From an uncultured Gammaproteobacteria bacterium (GTDB lineage Bacteria > Patescibacteriota > Microgenomatia > UBA10105 > UBA927), in assembly GCA_964349125.1 (NCBI GenBank), contig CAYGFH010000002.1:174484-238483 (forward strand): a stretch of 64,000 nucleotides of DNA, in the 5' to 3' direction. The notes below the pieces were generated by a model, which saw only the letters and a program-made list of their open reading frames with translations, did no database searches and was not told the DNA's origin. Positions 15,001 to 30,000 of the stretch are shown in pieces; position 1 is the stretch's first letter, and each line of letters opens with the position of its first letter. Both the position numbers and the translations under genes were made by a program.

Positions 15001-18000
15001 CGTCCTCAAATGATTCTGCGGATATATCGTTGGTTGTTATAACTCGTTGTACGATATCGTAGGGCTGCTGAGCCAACCACTGAATTGCAGCGCGCTGAGC
15101 TGAAGAAGGAAGTGAGGAAATTCTAGGAAGAATATCAGCCATATTCATAGCGTCCAGAAAAAATGAAACCTGATCGGAAGGATTTGGTATACCATCCACA
15201 ACTGATAATAGTTGCTTTGTTTGCTGCGGGTATTCACGCACGAAATTCAGTATGGTATAAATTCGTTCAATTTTTTCCTTAGATTCTATCCATCGGGTTA
15301 TATACGGCGTTATAGACTGAACCACTTCTGGGCTCATCGTCTCAAAGTGGCTTAACAACTCATTGAGATCCATAAACGAACGTATTGTTGTACGCCACTT
15401 GGTAATCTCAGTACCGAGTAGTTGTGCTACCGATGGGTTATGAATTAATCGGGTTAATAATTCTTCAACAATTCCTACTGTCCAACCCTTTTTTAACCAT
15501 TCAGTCACAAGTGGGGCGGTAGGATACATTTCAGGCATTCTCGCGTAGATTCGCAGTAAACGAGAGAGATCTGCGGTATTTACGCCATCAACTTCTATCC
15601 ACTGGTCTACAAATGAAGCTAACTCGGCAGCACGAGTTGGATTCAGTACGAATGCCTGGAATAACGAGTCATACAAATATCCATATTTCCTCCAAGCGCT
15701 CGACTTCGTTGTAAGAAAGTTGAGTAGCTCAGGGTTATCTTTGACATTCACCATTACCTCAGGCAACACATCAGCCGGATTTCCTGAATCACTGTATTCT
15801 TTAAGATATGGCAAAATCTGATCCTGCTGCTTTTGAGTTAACCCGATAAACTCTGGCGCTACTGCTGTTACAACAGGCACCGAGATACCACTTGAAAGCA
15901 GTTTATTTACCGTGTGTACATATTGTGTCGATTCGGCCTGATTATCTAAGAATGCCACCAGCTGAAACACATCAAAAATATTTTTTACATTGGATTTCCA
16001 GATGGTAAATACTTCGTCATAAATCATTGCTGAAACAGCGGGAGGAAGCGCATCTATTTTGCGTATGACTTTGGCACTTGCTATCGGATCGAATAGACTT
16101 GTACGATATGCCCATGCCCAAATTTCAAACCTACGAAATAACCGTACTATCCCTCTAAATGTATTTCTCGACTGTGGCGCGACAGCGATATTTGATGCTT
16201 GTGCTTGGGTTTGTCCATCATTCTCAGGATTATCTGCCACCCATTTCGCTATCGCTTGCTGTTCGTCATCGGTATTTATTGATAGTACCTGCGTATCAAT
16301 TGGATATAGTGTTCCATTCTCATCCCATGCCCAATTCCTGCTGTATGATGCTTCGTTCGGATCTAACAGCGCCGACAATTTTGTAGAAGATGTATCTTCA
16401 GGATTATACTCGGGATCAATTTTCTTAATCCACCTGGTAAAATGAGTATCTCCCGTTGATATATCCAGACTTATTCCGTTTGCATCAATGGTGCCAAGAC
16501 TCAGTGTTTCTCTTCCATCTTTTCCGTTTTTATCTAAATGCTCGCTGACTGACTCCAGTGCGCGTGTGACAGCAAAAATCTGATACGCACCGCTTTTGGT
16601 TTTATAAAATAACCACTGTGTATTTGGATAGACTATCCCCTTTTGTGTCAGATATCGCAGTACCCTCAAACTATTTACTGCCTGTTGTTGAGATTGAACT
16701 AGATGGTCAGGTTTTACATATAAATATGTGGTGCTCAGTGTCGATTTATATGTACCACCTCTACCAGGCTGTTCCAACGTATATCCCTGTTGTTTTTTAA
16801 ATTCCTCAAATTGTTCTTCTGTGAGAGTTTCATTTCTGATAGATGAGGTTATTTTTTGTTCGATTGTAGACAATCGATCTTCCCCATCGATCTTTATAGT
16901 GTCTGGAATATCCTGCGCTCGAATAGTTTTCAGTAGCCCGCCGCCAAAAAATGTGACGGATGATGACGGGAGAAGTTCCAAGTGATTTACTGTTTGTGTA
17001 TCAATTGTGTACCACTTGAATATGTTCCATCCTAGGAAATATCTACCAGATTTTGGAATCGTTACCTTTTCCCCACTTTGTAGTGTCAATGGCAAGCCAA
17101 AATAGATTAGTTTGCATGGATCTCCCGCTGCAAACACAGATGGGAATAGGCGGAAAAATCCAGCCTGTGGACCACAGTCTGTATCAGCAGTTGCTTGGGC
17201 ATTGATGACTCGTAGATTTCCTCCATCTTTTTCTACTTCATTCAGATATTGCGTTAATGGTAACACTTGCGCAGTCGGATCATATCCGGATAACTTAGCA
17301 ATCCTTCTTAGTCTGTTTGAGATAGCAAATGCGAAGAAATGATCCCGTATAAACGCCCCGCTTTCTACAGATGCCTCCCGTGTGGCATCCCGTATATCAG
17401 CATTTTCAATTTCAACTCCACTTCGACGAGTGAACCATAATTTTGGCTCTCTCAGATATTCGTCCAATACACCATGTTTTATATACACTTCGATTATTGT
17501 TGAGCCAAATCTTCTATACAGCTCTTTTTCTGACATAGAATAGGTAGCACCCTGAAATCGCATCGAATCCAGCTCTTTTTGTGCCTCACTAAACCTGCCA
17601 TTCCATTCTGCCGCAAATGCAGTGAAAATGTTCTCATAATACTGGATTCTTTCGGTCCGCACGTTCTCTTTCAATGATGATAACGACTGCTCTTTTTGCA
17701 GTTCCGTTATGATATCTATCGGCTTTTTATCAGCACCATTTATCGAAATACTTACGTTCTCCGGGAATGATTCAAATAACGAGATTATACGCGTTGCGGT
17801 TACGTTTACTATTGGTTTCCCATCTACCCAAAAATAATCCGGGAGGATATCACCTGTCGTTCGTATGTACTCAAAGTACGTATGTATACTCTCCGGAGAG
17901 GCAAAATCCATATCCCCCGATTGCAGTGAATACGTAATATTTTTTTTAGTATCATAAATCTGATTCGTTTTTCCAACTATATCAGTATCGCCATTTAGTG

Positions 18001-21000
18001 AGAGCGTGATTCCATCAGGGGATAAATACCGCGCTGCATGCCTCCGGAGTGAGAAATACCAATAATTTAACTTACTGTTACCCAACCGATACAACGTTCG
18101 AATTGCATTCGGACTATCTATTGCAACACGCACAAACGACATGCCGTCTTGTTTTAGAGCTGATAATGCGGCGATCCACCCTTCGGTTGCAGGCACGTTT
18201 TCTGAGGGGATAAAATAGACACCCACCATTCCCCGTTCTTCATTCCAATTTCGGATGGTTCCTATGATATGCCCCAGGATGACACCGTTTTTCCGTTTAA
18301 CCTCAAACACTGTTTTTCCATTTGATTGTTCTTTCTTCAAAAACTGTTCTACTTCAGATTCAAACCCACCATCGGTATCACTTGCGTATCGGCGAAGAGT
18401 CGCATCTTGTATAAGTTGTATTCGATTTGTCCCCATTGGTTGGAATTGCCCGTGAATTCTGTCATATAAATCTCCCAACACCCCAGAGAGCGCATCATTC
18501 ACGCGTGCAAGATCTTTTGAATCATAAGGAATAGCACGTTCCCGCAATGTTTCTATATAATAGGAAATAAAATCCTCTCTTGAAATTTCGGCATACAGTA
18601 CCGCTGGGGCATCTTCCTGAATTTGAGACAGTATATCTTTCAAGATGGTTAATGATTCTTTCCAGTATATTGAATCAACAACGTTGAGTACTCCCCTCAA
18701 ATGATCTTTGTTCGTAACAAATACAGATACCGCTTCAAAAATATCCTGAATATCAAACGTACTTAACGCTTCCTCAATTTGCGTGCCGTTACCCTCTAGT
18801 TCTTTAATCACCGCCTGTATTCGTTCAGATTGTTTTATCCACTCCAGAATGATCGGATGCTCGTCACTGTCACGTAACAGTTTATTTACATCCACAGTCA
18901 CACCATTTTTTGCCAGCATTGTACGAATCTGAGGCAGGGCTATGACCATCATTTGCTTTTTTAAATCCAGAGGGAATCGTTCGTTCATAAATAAACGTAC
19001 TATGCGAGTCAGCACTTCAGAACTTAATAATCTTCCTACGGTTGCTTCATTTGAATATTCAAGTGATTTTGCCGACATATATATATCCACTATCGATTCC
19101 CACGATACCGACTGTTTTCCTTGTGCGAAATCATTCATTTGTTCAAATCCGGACAATAATATTTTGTCCGACAACGAAGGGCTTCCTTTAGAAAATTCTT
19201 GTACAAAACGGGTGTATTGATCCATAATATTGACTTTGTCCTGATCAGACATATGTTGACCTGGTCCAAATGCAGATGCAGCAATCGCAAACTGTTCTCG
19301 CAATCGTTGAATACGATTATTCGGTCGTGTAGAAAATGTTGCTACCGCCGGATTAACTGATCGAGTCTCTTTATCAATGGCAATCGCGTATGAATTCGGT
19401 AAATCAAGTGTTTGTGCTATAACATGGTGCGACTGTTCGTGCGCGCTGATCTCGGATGTGTTTGCATCTGCCGTATACCCGTACATGTCAGGGTTGTCAT
19501 TCATATCCTCGAACACTGCAATTGCAGCCGCATCGGCCTCAAAAACAAATAGCTGATCAGATGAACGAAAAGAGATATATTTTGAGGCAATACTTCCCTC
19601 CGGCAACAACGCCATGATCCGTTCAGCATCCAGGGAATTCTTTTTATTTCGTACAAATTTTAGCAGTGTATGTATTTCCGATATGAACGCTTTTTTATCT
19701 TGTTCGAACTGTGCATACTGCTGTGTCGCATGATCACGATGCAACCAGGAAAAAGAATCAAATGCTATACCATATGCCTTCATGAGCCATGTGTTTAACG
19801 CAATCTGTTTATCCAATGTAACTTCTTTGAGCGCGTCTTTTAGTTCCACAGCAGCGAGCAATATCTGTTTTTTCTCATCAACCGAAGCTGTCTTATAATC
19901 CACAGATGCCTGGATGAACCGATGGAGCGATCGAGTCCACTGGACATCTTGGGGCTCACCAAACCATTGAGATGGATCTATGAGCATGGAGGGAGTAATA
20001 TTGGGCTCATAAGGTTGATCTGAGATCAGTGACCTGCTTATCTCACCTGCCAACACATGCCCTTCCAGAGCCAGAGAAACGTTTGTTTTCATAAATGCAG
20101 AGAGCTCCAACGCATATGCAGATCCCTGAACAGCATATCCGGACAAGAAATCACTTGCAGTCAAAATTTGTCCTAGCGATAAATATCGCTGAACCCTATT
20201 GTCCATCGGAATATTCTCTGCAAGTATCATCGATGCGATTTGCATTCTTCGGGATGCAAATGATGAAATGGCATTGACTCGACTATTCAACATATGCACG
20301 ACACTCCCATCTCTCATTTCCAATATTTCAAATATATCTAACGCATCGAGCTCATCTTTGCCTACTATATCTTGCAAAATCTGATACAGTGTTTTATTTT
20401 CCCTTTTACCCTGATATACAGACAGAATCGTGTCAACATCAGCAAGGACTGATAGAAATTGTTGCCCTGAATGCGGTGATTGCTTCAGCTGCTCAAGGAC
20501 ACGCATGGTGTACACAACGGGGGCGCTTTCCCGATAATTACTCACATGTTTTAACGCCAGCAAGAGGAGATCTATTCGTTTACTCGAGTCTATAGAACTC
20601 GATACCGCAGGCTCTGGCAGAGAATATTGAGAGGAGTCTGCTTCAATACTAAGTAGTAATCCTGAGTTCATCAGCACAGATTCCAATTCAAATAGAGCCT
20701 GTACGCTTTTGGATAACGCATCAAATCGATCCGAACGGTATTGGTCCTCATTTTGAATCTCAATGCTTCTCAGACGCTCTAATGCACCAAGCAATTGATC
20801 AGAAACCGCATTTTTCTGCTTTGTATATACCACTTTCCATTGACCCGGAGCGATTTTGGATATCGCAGGGACAGCAAATCCTTTTTTCGAAGCCTCCTTA
20901 TATGCGCTTTGAACCCGATTCATGTATTCATCTGCTTGCAACATACCGTCTTTCGTTGCTTTCACGAGCCAAACACTATCATCATCTTCCTTAAATCGCT

Positions 21001-24000
21001 CTGAAGTTATAAACGATACTGACGGTGGTGTTATCGTTTCCGTTACAATTGCCTGACTCGCAGTAACAGCAGGAAGCTGGGTGATTCGCTGTACCTGTTT
21101 TTCATAAATAGTTGGAACATCTACAATAAATGGTTGAATTTGACGTCCCTTTGCGTCTTTCGCTCCTTTTGGAGGAAACACTTTGACGTATTGCGTGGAC
21201 GGAATATTCTTGATTTGTTTCCCTACAGAACGGGTTCCTTCTTTGACACTTTTGAGTGATTCGAATGTCCCTATCATAAATGTGGATCCAGGCATTATTT
21301 GTGATGGCGTCGACGGAACTGGCTTTCCCTCAGGACCAGCCTTAACCGTCTCCACAGGATCCGCACCAACGTTCAGTACTATACATGGCGCTCCCGCCGC
21401 AAACACCTGAGGTAGGAAACGGAATGAGTCTTGTGGACCACAGTCTGTTTCTACAGCTGTTTTTCCATCATTGGCCTGTACGGATTCCTCGCGCGCAAGC
21501 AAGGCTTTTTGTGCCTGCACGTGTGCCACATCGTAGGACAAATCCTTCAGAATATCTGCTTGCCCAGATGCGCGGATGGCATCAATCGCAGCTGTGTTCA
21601 ATTTTGCAATACTGTAGGGAAACGCCCGATCATCTGTTCGACGTCCGCGACGCACTTTCGCTCCATCAGCTCGTTGCTTCATTTCACCACTCGCAAATAG
21701 TTTTTGCTGGTAATAACGATCCCCTGCTGTGATAAATGGATCTGCAAGAACTATATTTTCGACGACCAATACCTTTTTACCATCCACCGTCACGTTTGGA
21801 ATAGGATCACCTTCCAAAATGATATTGGGTTTATAGATATCATTGTGCGGAAGTCCACGCTTTTGCAGTGCTAAGACCCTCTTATATGCCTGTTCTTCAA
21901 CATCAGGAGGGATGAGGTAGTAGTAATCGCTGTCAGCAAAATATTCACCTAACGCTCCACCAACTATTGCTTTTTGCAGTATTCCTACCGGCTTCCCTTT
22001 CCAGTAGACGTATCCAACCACTTCGTAATAGAGCAATTTCCCATCAAGTGTTTCTCTGGCTTTTGATATAAACGCGGCTGTATCCTGCGGCAGATTTGGG
22101 TTCTTGCTGAGTATATCCGGATCGAAAAACTTTACTGCCAATGCAGTTGGTGATGGCCCATTCTCCCAAGCAAAGACGGCACCCGTTGCTCCCGAACCGA
22201 ATACTCGTAAACTGGATAGCGGCGGCACCGTGAAATTCGCAACTCCCATGCCACCTGTTTGAAATGCTTGTTCTTTCTCCATTTCTTGCAACCGTGATAT
22301 GACTTTTGTTTTTTTCGCATCTGAAAACGCTTTCCCAAGAGGCTCTTCTGTCTCCGGTTCATCCGGGTACTCAGTTATTGGATCTTCGGTCGGCGCGTTT
22401 TCTGTTGAAACAGCTTGTGGTGTCGGAGCGAGAGATTGCGGGTTTAGTTTCTTGTCAGTTTTTTTCAGATACTGTTCTATCACAGTAAGCATTTTTTCGT
22501 AGCCTTTGCCGGTGAGTAGCGTAACGTAATTGTCAAACCCTTTGGTTCTAAAATTTACTCCCGGATCATACAGTGGATACTTCTTTTTAAATTCATTAAG
22601 GGAAATGAGCTTTCCATTTCGTCCCGAGTGGGCTATGTCATAAAAAGTCTGGAATGCCTCACGAATATTTCCGTGGTTATGTAGTATCCAATTCTCTACT
22701 CCAATCCCTCCAAGCCCTCCATCTCCAAAATCATCAAATTTCTTATATGCATGACCCTCTTTTAGCAGTTTCTTCGCAAGCAATATATTTGCAATCACCT
22801 CTGCACGTTTAGATTCCTCAAGTGAATCTAACCTGCTTATCACAGCGTTATTGGACGCGAACAAGGCCTGATCTTCACGTGTTGTTATACCAATATCCAG
22901 ATCTATCGTGCGATCTCCAACTTTAACACTCTTCAGGCGTACTTGGAGCTGTTCGTCTCCCCCACCGGCTGCCACTTCCGATTCATGAGGAAACGCAGCT
23001 TTGAGGGCGGTGGCTATCTGACTTGCACGTTCAAAATCTTTTGCATTTACGCTTAGAGAGAAGTCAAAATCATAATCACCTATGACATTGGTATGCCGTC
23101 CTGAAGAGCCTATATTTGCAAGCTGTGCGAGGTGCACTTGTGTATCTTTTTGCTCTACCGCCATACCAATGCCCATGTCATTCAATGTCTTTTGGATAAC
23201 AGTTCGCACATCGGCATCAAGCTTCGACACAATGTCACTATCCGCATTTATGTTTGGGATGATTTCCTGGATATCCGCTGCGATAGGGTCAGACGGGGGT
23301 ATGAGCATTGCCTGAAACTTCCCGCCTGCAAATTCCTGAACACCTTCAAATGCTTCGCGTCGTACATCATACATCTCGGGTGTATATAATACGGTTCCAT
23401 CTTCATCTACAACCGGCACGTAATACCCATTTTTTGCGATAGACATGTAGAGGGTTTCCATAAATGGCTCATTTGCTCGTATAGTTTTTTTCGCTATGAT
23501 GGCATCAACTTCGCTCATCGGAAGCGCTGACCGTACACCCACATGATGCTCATTTATAGGCCCATTTATCAGGCCGTATTTTCGTATACTCTCAGTTTCA
23601 TTTGCTGCTCCATTCTCAAGATAAAACTGATCTCTATTTCTGACTAGCAGAATAAGTTCTCCATACTCGTTTGCTATTGAATTTTTCAGTTTGCCTCTGA
23701 ATGATTTTGATGATTCCGATGGTAAAATCTGGGAAAAGTCTGTATCCAGAGGGGTTGAATCAGTACCACTATCCCCCCCCATGAGCTCTCGAGCCCTAAG
23801 ACCACCCTGCAGAAGGTTTTCTATTGAAAATATAGTAATGGCGTTTTCTTTACTAATCGGGAACACTCCTTTGAGCAAATCTCCCGCAGACATAGAGATT
23901 TTTCCGAACCCGGCGCGTACTGCAATTCTATTTCGCTCATCTGCTGTTTTTCGAACCGATGACAGCTCGGTTTGCAACTCGTCCAGAGAACCATACCCAG

Positions 24001-27000
24001 TTTGCAGTAAAAACATCTGTGAAATTCTTCCGACTAATGTCTGGCCCTCGGATACCCGATAATCTGCGTAGAGACGGCGTATCTGTTCACGGACATACGA
24101 GTCCTCGGAGAGTCTTTTTACTTCCATCTGCTTCTTGGTACCTCTTCCAAGCAGAGAGGTACGATAGAGTACATCACCGCGTACTAAAAATAATTCCAGA
24201 TTTGACCGCTGCTGGGGGTTTAGTATTTCACCCTTCATAAACCTATCCGCCAAATCTGAGCCAGTACGCAAATGAGTAATATATTGATCCAATTCAAAGT
24301 TTCCGGAACGTACGGTAGACCGAAGTAAATCACGATAGATTATCTGTCGTTTGGCCAGTGGCGAGTTTGCGTTCTTTAACACTGGACTTATATTCTCGGA
24401 CTCTTTGAACATTTTCGAGAGGACGTCATCGGTATACAATATTTCAAAAACTCGGAATAATTTTGCAAAATACGGGATATTATTTTCTTCAAATATACTT
24501 CGAATCTTCTCAAAATCCGCTCTCGGGTCTTTCGCGTCTTTAAGGAGGTCCAATATCTGCAGCTGAAGCCTACGGAGCTCTTTGGAAGGACTATTCCCGA
24601 TTTGATCAAACAGATCCATATATACCCTATACTCACCTATCAGGGTTTTTGAAATCTTTTCTCCTTTGGCAATCCGGTCAAAGAAAATGCGTTGAATCTT
24701 TGCGGATTTGACTTTGGTTTGGTTAAACAGTTCCCAAAATTCCCGTTCATCAGCGCTCAGCTGTATTGACGTATCACTCGCAAGCAGTTTGCCATATGTA
24801 GCGATTATATTTCGATCCTCACGGAACATATTTTCGCGCTCATCGAAATTCATATCAGCCGCTTTTTTTCGCAGATATTTATGCACATAGCCAATCGTGT
24901 CAGGATTAGCGTGTCTGAATGTCATCATATACTGGTTAAATTCAATGCCTTTTAAAAGATCTCCAAATGATTGAGTCATCGCAGCAATCGCCTCTATTGT
25001 AGGAATGTCATACAGATCTACTGGCAGCGTTACTAGTTCCAAACTAGATTTATCTATCTTCCCTTTATATGTCTGAATAACCTTATAGAGGGACTGGAGA
25101 GCCGCTGGATCCCATCTGGCCAACTTGTTCAGAAGATCTAATGCCCACGTACCATTACTTCTAAGGAGTTTTAAAAGAAATGAACTTCGAATTGGGGAAT
25201 TAACTACAAACCTATCGATAAGGCTTGCTGAGATTTTCGTCCTTACGTTTGATTCACTCAGCAAGAGAACAGCGTTTGGACTGTACGTTATACTGCCACC
25301 GATTAGATTTAGTATGCGCAGTAAATTTCCAACCTCAGTAAATGTTGGATTAAGTATATTTTCTATAGCAGAAATTCGGGAAATTTTGTTACCGTCGCCT
25401 GCCTTATACATAAAATTAACGGCTTGAATTTTTTGAGGTGAAGCTGTTTCCAGCTGTGTAAGTATTCCCGATACGTCGACACTTTGGTAATCTTTTGTTA
25501 TTTGATCCTTAAGCTTTATACGGAGCGACTCGATTCGCAGTTTTTCTTTTTCCGGGGCAGGCAGAGACAGCTGACGCACCCATGATTGAAGTTTCCCGAC
25601 TACGGTTTTATTTGGCATTTCACCCGTCATACCTGTTTTTTGCAGCATCCACCCAATTACGCTACACACTTTTCCTTGTTTGTCTGCCGCGTAGACGGTT
25701 ACCAATGGTATTCTTGCCTGTTCTTCACAGCCTTCTGTCTGCCCATCTATCCATTCCTGCGCAGACTCTTCTATAGGTGTGCCCAGTAGAGATCCGGTAT
25801 GAGCAACCACTACGCCATTAAACTGAAATTCTCCCTTAATCCTGCCATAATTTCCGGGAACAAATTCGATATAGTGGTCACCTAAAGCCGAATCTCGAAT
25901 CGTGACGCTAATCTCAGACATATCAGAGACCGTAACATCATTATCGTTGGCAGCTTTCAATGAAGTCTCTAGAGATTCTTTGCTCGTTTTTGCCGTTGTC
26001 AGCGTAGACTCAGGAACAATGATCGATAATTTTATTCCTGGAATGCTTTTTTTTATCTCCGTGACTTTTTTGATCAGTACCTGAACATGGTTTTCCAATA
26101 CATCACTTGTTACTGAACCATACGGCCTATCCAATATAAATGCGATACCTTTTGTGCCATCCGGATATGTGACCGGCTCGAGATACACCAATTGGTCTGT
26201 GATGCTTCCACGGAGCTGTTTCCTCACCTTGCTGTATATAAAGAACATATTCCCGTCCCCCATCGTCAGATCCGTATCATTGTTGATACCCGATCCGCAG
26301 GAACTGTTCATAGCGAGACACTCTCGCATGTTTTCGGCAATATCATTTATATTGTTGGTAAATGTGCTCGTAAAAATTCTGGATGTAGATCCGCTCTCAA
26401 ATATATCGTCCATATAGGAAAGTATGCGAATGATATTTCCAAAACGTGCTTGTATTGCCTGTTGCTCGTCTTCTTTTTCTGATGGTTTTAATATGGATAG
26501 CGAGAGATATTTATCGTGAAGCTTGTTGTAAATATCCAAAAGTTTGACCGTCTGGGCTCTGGCCTCAGAGAGGTATGCATTTGCTGCGGCAAGATCATCT
26601 TCACCAATCTTACCCGAATTTTTGTCCAATATATCTTGCAGGCGCTCCAGATCTTCTGTGAGTGCATATGCTCCTGAGTCACTCTTAAATTCTTCCCCCA
26701 ATTTCGAAAAGATGCTGACCACCTGCTGAGAGGGTATAAGCAATCCCCGAAGCCGCCCTATTTCATCCGAAACATTGAGCTCATCCACATACTGGCTCAT
26801 GCTTGCGATAGTAATGAGTGGCTTCATATTTACCTGGAATACTTTGGTAAGATTCTGGACTGTATTCTCCAAACCCGATTCCTGCAAAATCCGCTCAATC
26901 TCCCTCAGAATTGCTTCACGCTGCTGTAGTTCGCCATCTGCAAACACCATTGCTGATGTTCCCTTAAGCTTCATTTGGATTGCGTGGGTAATCACCTTTG

Positions 27001-30000
27001 TCACTAGAGCGGTGGGATATCGATTTAACAGGCTTATAAGCAACTTATCCTGCTTACTTGCATAGGCCTCAGGATCCTGCAAATTCACAAGGGATCCGAT
27101 GATGTCTGTGAGCTTATAATCCACTGTCAGAACATTCCCTAACCGTTGTTCTGAAGCATCTTGTTGAAGAATTTCCATTACAGTTGCAAATTCTTTCGCA
27201 GACAATCCCGCATCTTCAGGAGTCACTGCAGGCATTTTTTGCCTGTTTTGCAGCGCTTCATCAACGTTCTTTGCCTTTTCTGCCACTAAATACTCTTTGG
27301 GATCGATATATTGCCCTTTACGAAACTCTAGCCATTTCCCGTTAATCATGAGGGCGAGATAATATCCTATGAGCTCCTGGTTCTGATCCTCCGACAACAC
27401 TGTCTTTGACTCTGAGTGTAGAAATGCCAAATACAATGACATATTCACGATTGACCGTGTCTGCTCCTCATTAAATACTTCGGGAGCCTTGATAATACCG
27501 AACTTATCTTTAAACAATGATTGAATGTCCGATAATATCTTCTTCCTATGAGTTGAGAACAAATCAGGTGTTGATTTATAGTTTGATTGAAACTCGCGTA
27601 TATCTTTTCTTATATTTAACAGTGCCGTCGTATTTGGAGTTTGTTCACCGGATCTGTTATATGTTTCGCTCAGCGCCAATTTTGCTTTATATAATGGGTA
27701 AATTTCTTTTGCAAAACGTTTAAAATCCTTTGGTGACATCGTCTGAATGAGAGAGAGAAAATCTCCAAATAGACTCGGTGCCGCCCGTAACACATCCTTA
27801 GAAATCGTATAAAATTCTGCCCGTTCATCTCCGCTCCATTTTTCCTTGGTCATTCTCTCTTCCACTGAGGCCACCCCCTGAAACAGCGCATTTATAGTGA
27901 CAGGAAGCGTTGTGGGAGAATGAACGGCATCATTAAATGCTCCTATAAACTGGCTTAGCGCCTCTATTTGACTAAAAAATGCTACGCCACCGGCCGCATC
28001 TATGAGATGAGGCAAAAATACCAGCTCAAATGGTGTTCCTGAGGTTTCGATTCCAGCGTGAAGATACTCGCTCCACGTTGTCAGTAATTTCTCAATAACA
28101 AAATCACGAAGGTCTTTTTGATTAGACAGGGCATCAACGAACTTAAAATCTTCTTCAGTGAACTCATACCCCTCTGCTTCTTCCACATCGTGCATTGCAG
28201 CCACAGCGGTAAAGAGTGCCAACCAGTTGTCATCTGTTACGGTTTGAAATTGTGGTTTCGCGAGCTGCTCTTTCAGATGCAGCAATTGCATTTTTGCTAT
28301 CATATCTACCTTATTCTGAAATGCTATTTCATCATTTGAGAAATTTTCGTTTAAGTATGTGGCTAATCGCTCACCCATCACCCTACTCGTCACTGGATCG
28401 GGCGATTGAAAATTAAACAAATAAGATCGCCAAAATTGAAAGTCGTCATCTGCCTGAAACAGCTTTGTTCCCATCAACTGCACGAACTCCCGAAGGTCAG
28501 GATTATTCCGATAACTCTTCCACAAAAACTGCATACGGGGAGTTGCATCTGCAAGCATTTCATCGGTAAAGTTAAATGTTTCAAGGATAGAGGGAGCAAG
28601 CTTAATAAATTCTGATTCTTTACTCTCTATAACAATTGTGGCGAAAATCGCATGATCGATATTCTCCGTTTTTTTGAGCTGTTCAGTGGCCGTAGTGATA
28701 TGAGTATAAATAAATTCTTGAATCCATGACCCTCTAAAAGACTCTGCTTGCAGCGCTGCTTTCATGGTCTCTTTATCGTCTTGTGTCATCTGTGGAAAAA
28801 CTCCCAAATAATTCGAGAGCATTTTCCATGTATCCGGAGGAATTGGCGGATAATTCCCTTGATCATCAGTCATGTCCAAGATAAAAAACTTGACCCTCTC
28901 AGATGCGCCTACTATATCAAAACGATCATTAAGCGCGCGCATGATGTTAGTAAGATCTCCGTCATGAAATTTAATCCCACTGTTCAGAAGTGATTTTTCG
29001 AGTGCTACAAGGGGAATAAGCTTTGCGATGTTCTCGTTTAATAACGTATCGTCTTTTATAACAGCGATGATTTTCGCCAAAGCGCTCATGGCACCTTTTC
29101 GCTGTAAAAGCCTAAGGGTATTTTCTTCTCCCAATGATCTGAATAATCCGCCGTAATATACTTTTGCCCCTACAATAGATCTGACAAATTCAGGAAATTC
29201 TTCAAGTATTGCATTGGAAAGTAATGCTGTATTGGGGCCGATAGTAGTTTTATCAAATCCCGCTTCTTTCACGAAGGCGAGCATCTGTTGCAGCTCATAT
29301 ATTTCTTTCCCGCCACTTTGGACAAAGGCCTCAACAATGTTCAGTATTTTGTCCGAATTCGGGATGACAAAAATTTCTTTCCAGTGTATAGGGTTATCAT
29401 TAATCTGATTCAACAACGCGACGGTTTTTTTTGTATCTCCCTCATCCCATACAAACGGCATATATCCATATTCAAATCCCACTCGGTATGAGATGAGTAA
29501 GTCAGCTATTTTTTTGTTTGTCATACCAGGGATGCTCTGAAGGATTCGGATAGCATCTTTCAAATTTTTGATAGCATTGGGTTTTTCTGATAGATCAGCT
29601 ATATATTTCCGAAATAAGCTCGAACCCACTATAAAGTTCAAATTATCCATACTTTTTGTCGCATCTATAAATCCAATGACGGTTTGGATAACTTTTGCAT
29701 CCGTTTCGTCTGATCCGAACGACATGATCATATGCTCCAAAGTACTCACATCAACAGTGTCATATGCGGCATATGCTGTAAGAATTTTTTCCAGATTAGA
29801 TTGACCCTGGCTGGATTTGCTGTAAATAAAGAGTAGATTTTGGATATATGATGTGTCTGTTTTCCCATTGAGTGATTCACCAGACAATTGAAGCGTATTC
29901 ATGAGCCCAAGTAATGTTGACATTCTGGTAAATGATTCTCTTACTGAAGTGGTATCCAACGGTACGCTATTTGATAATTTACTGATAATAATTTGAATGA

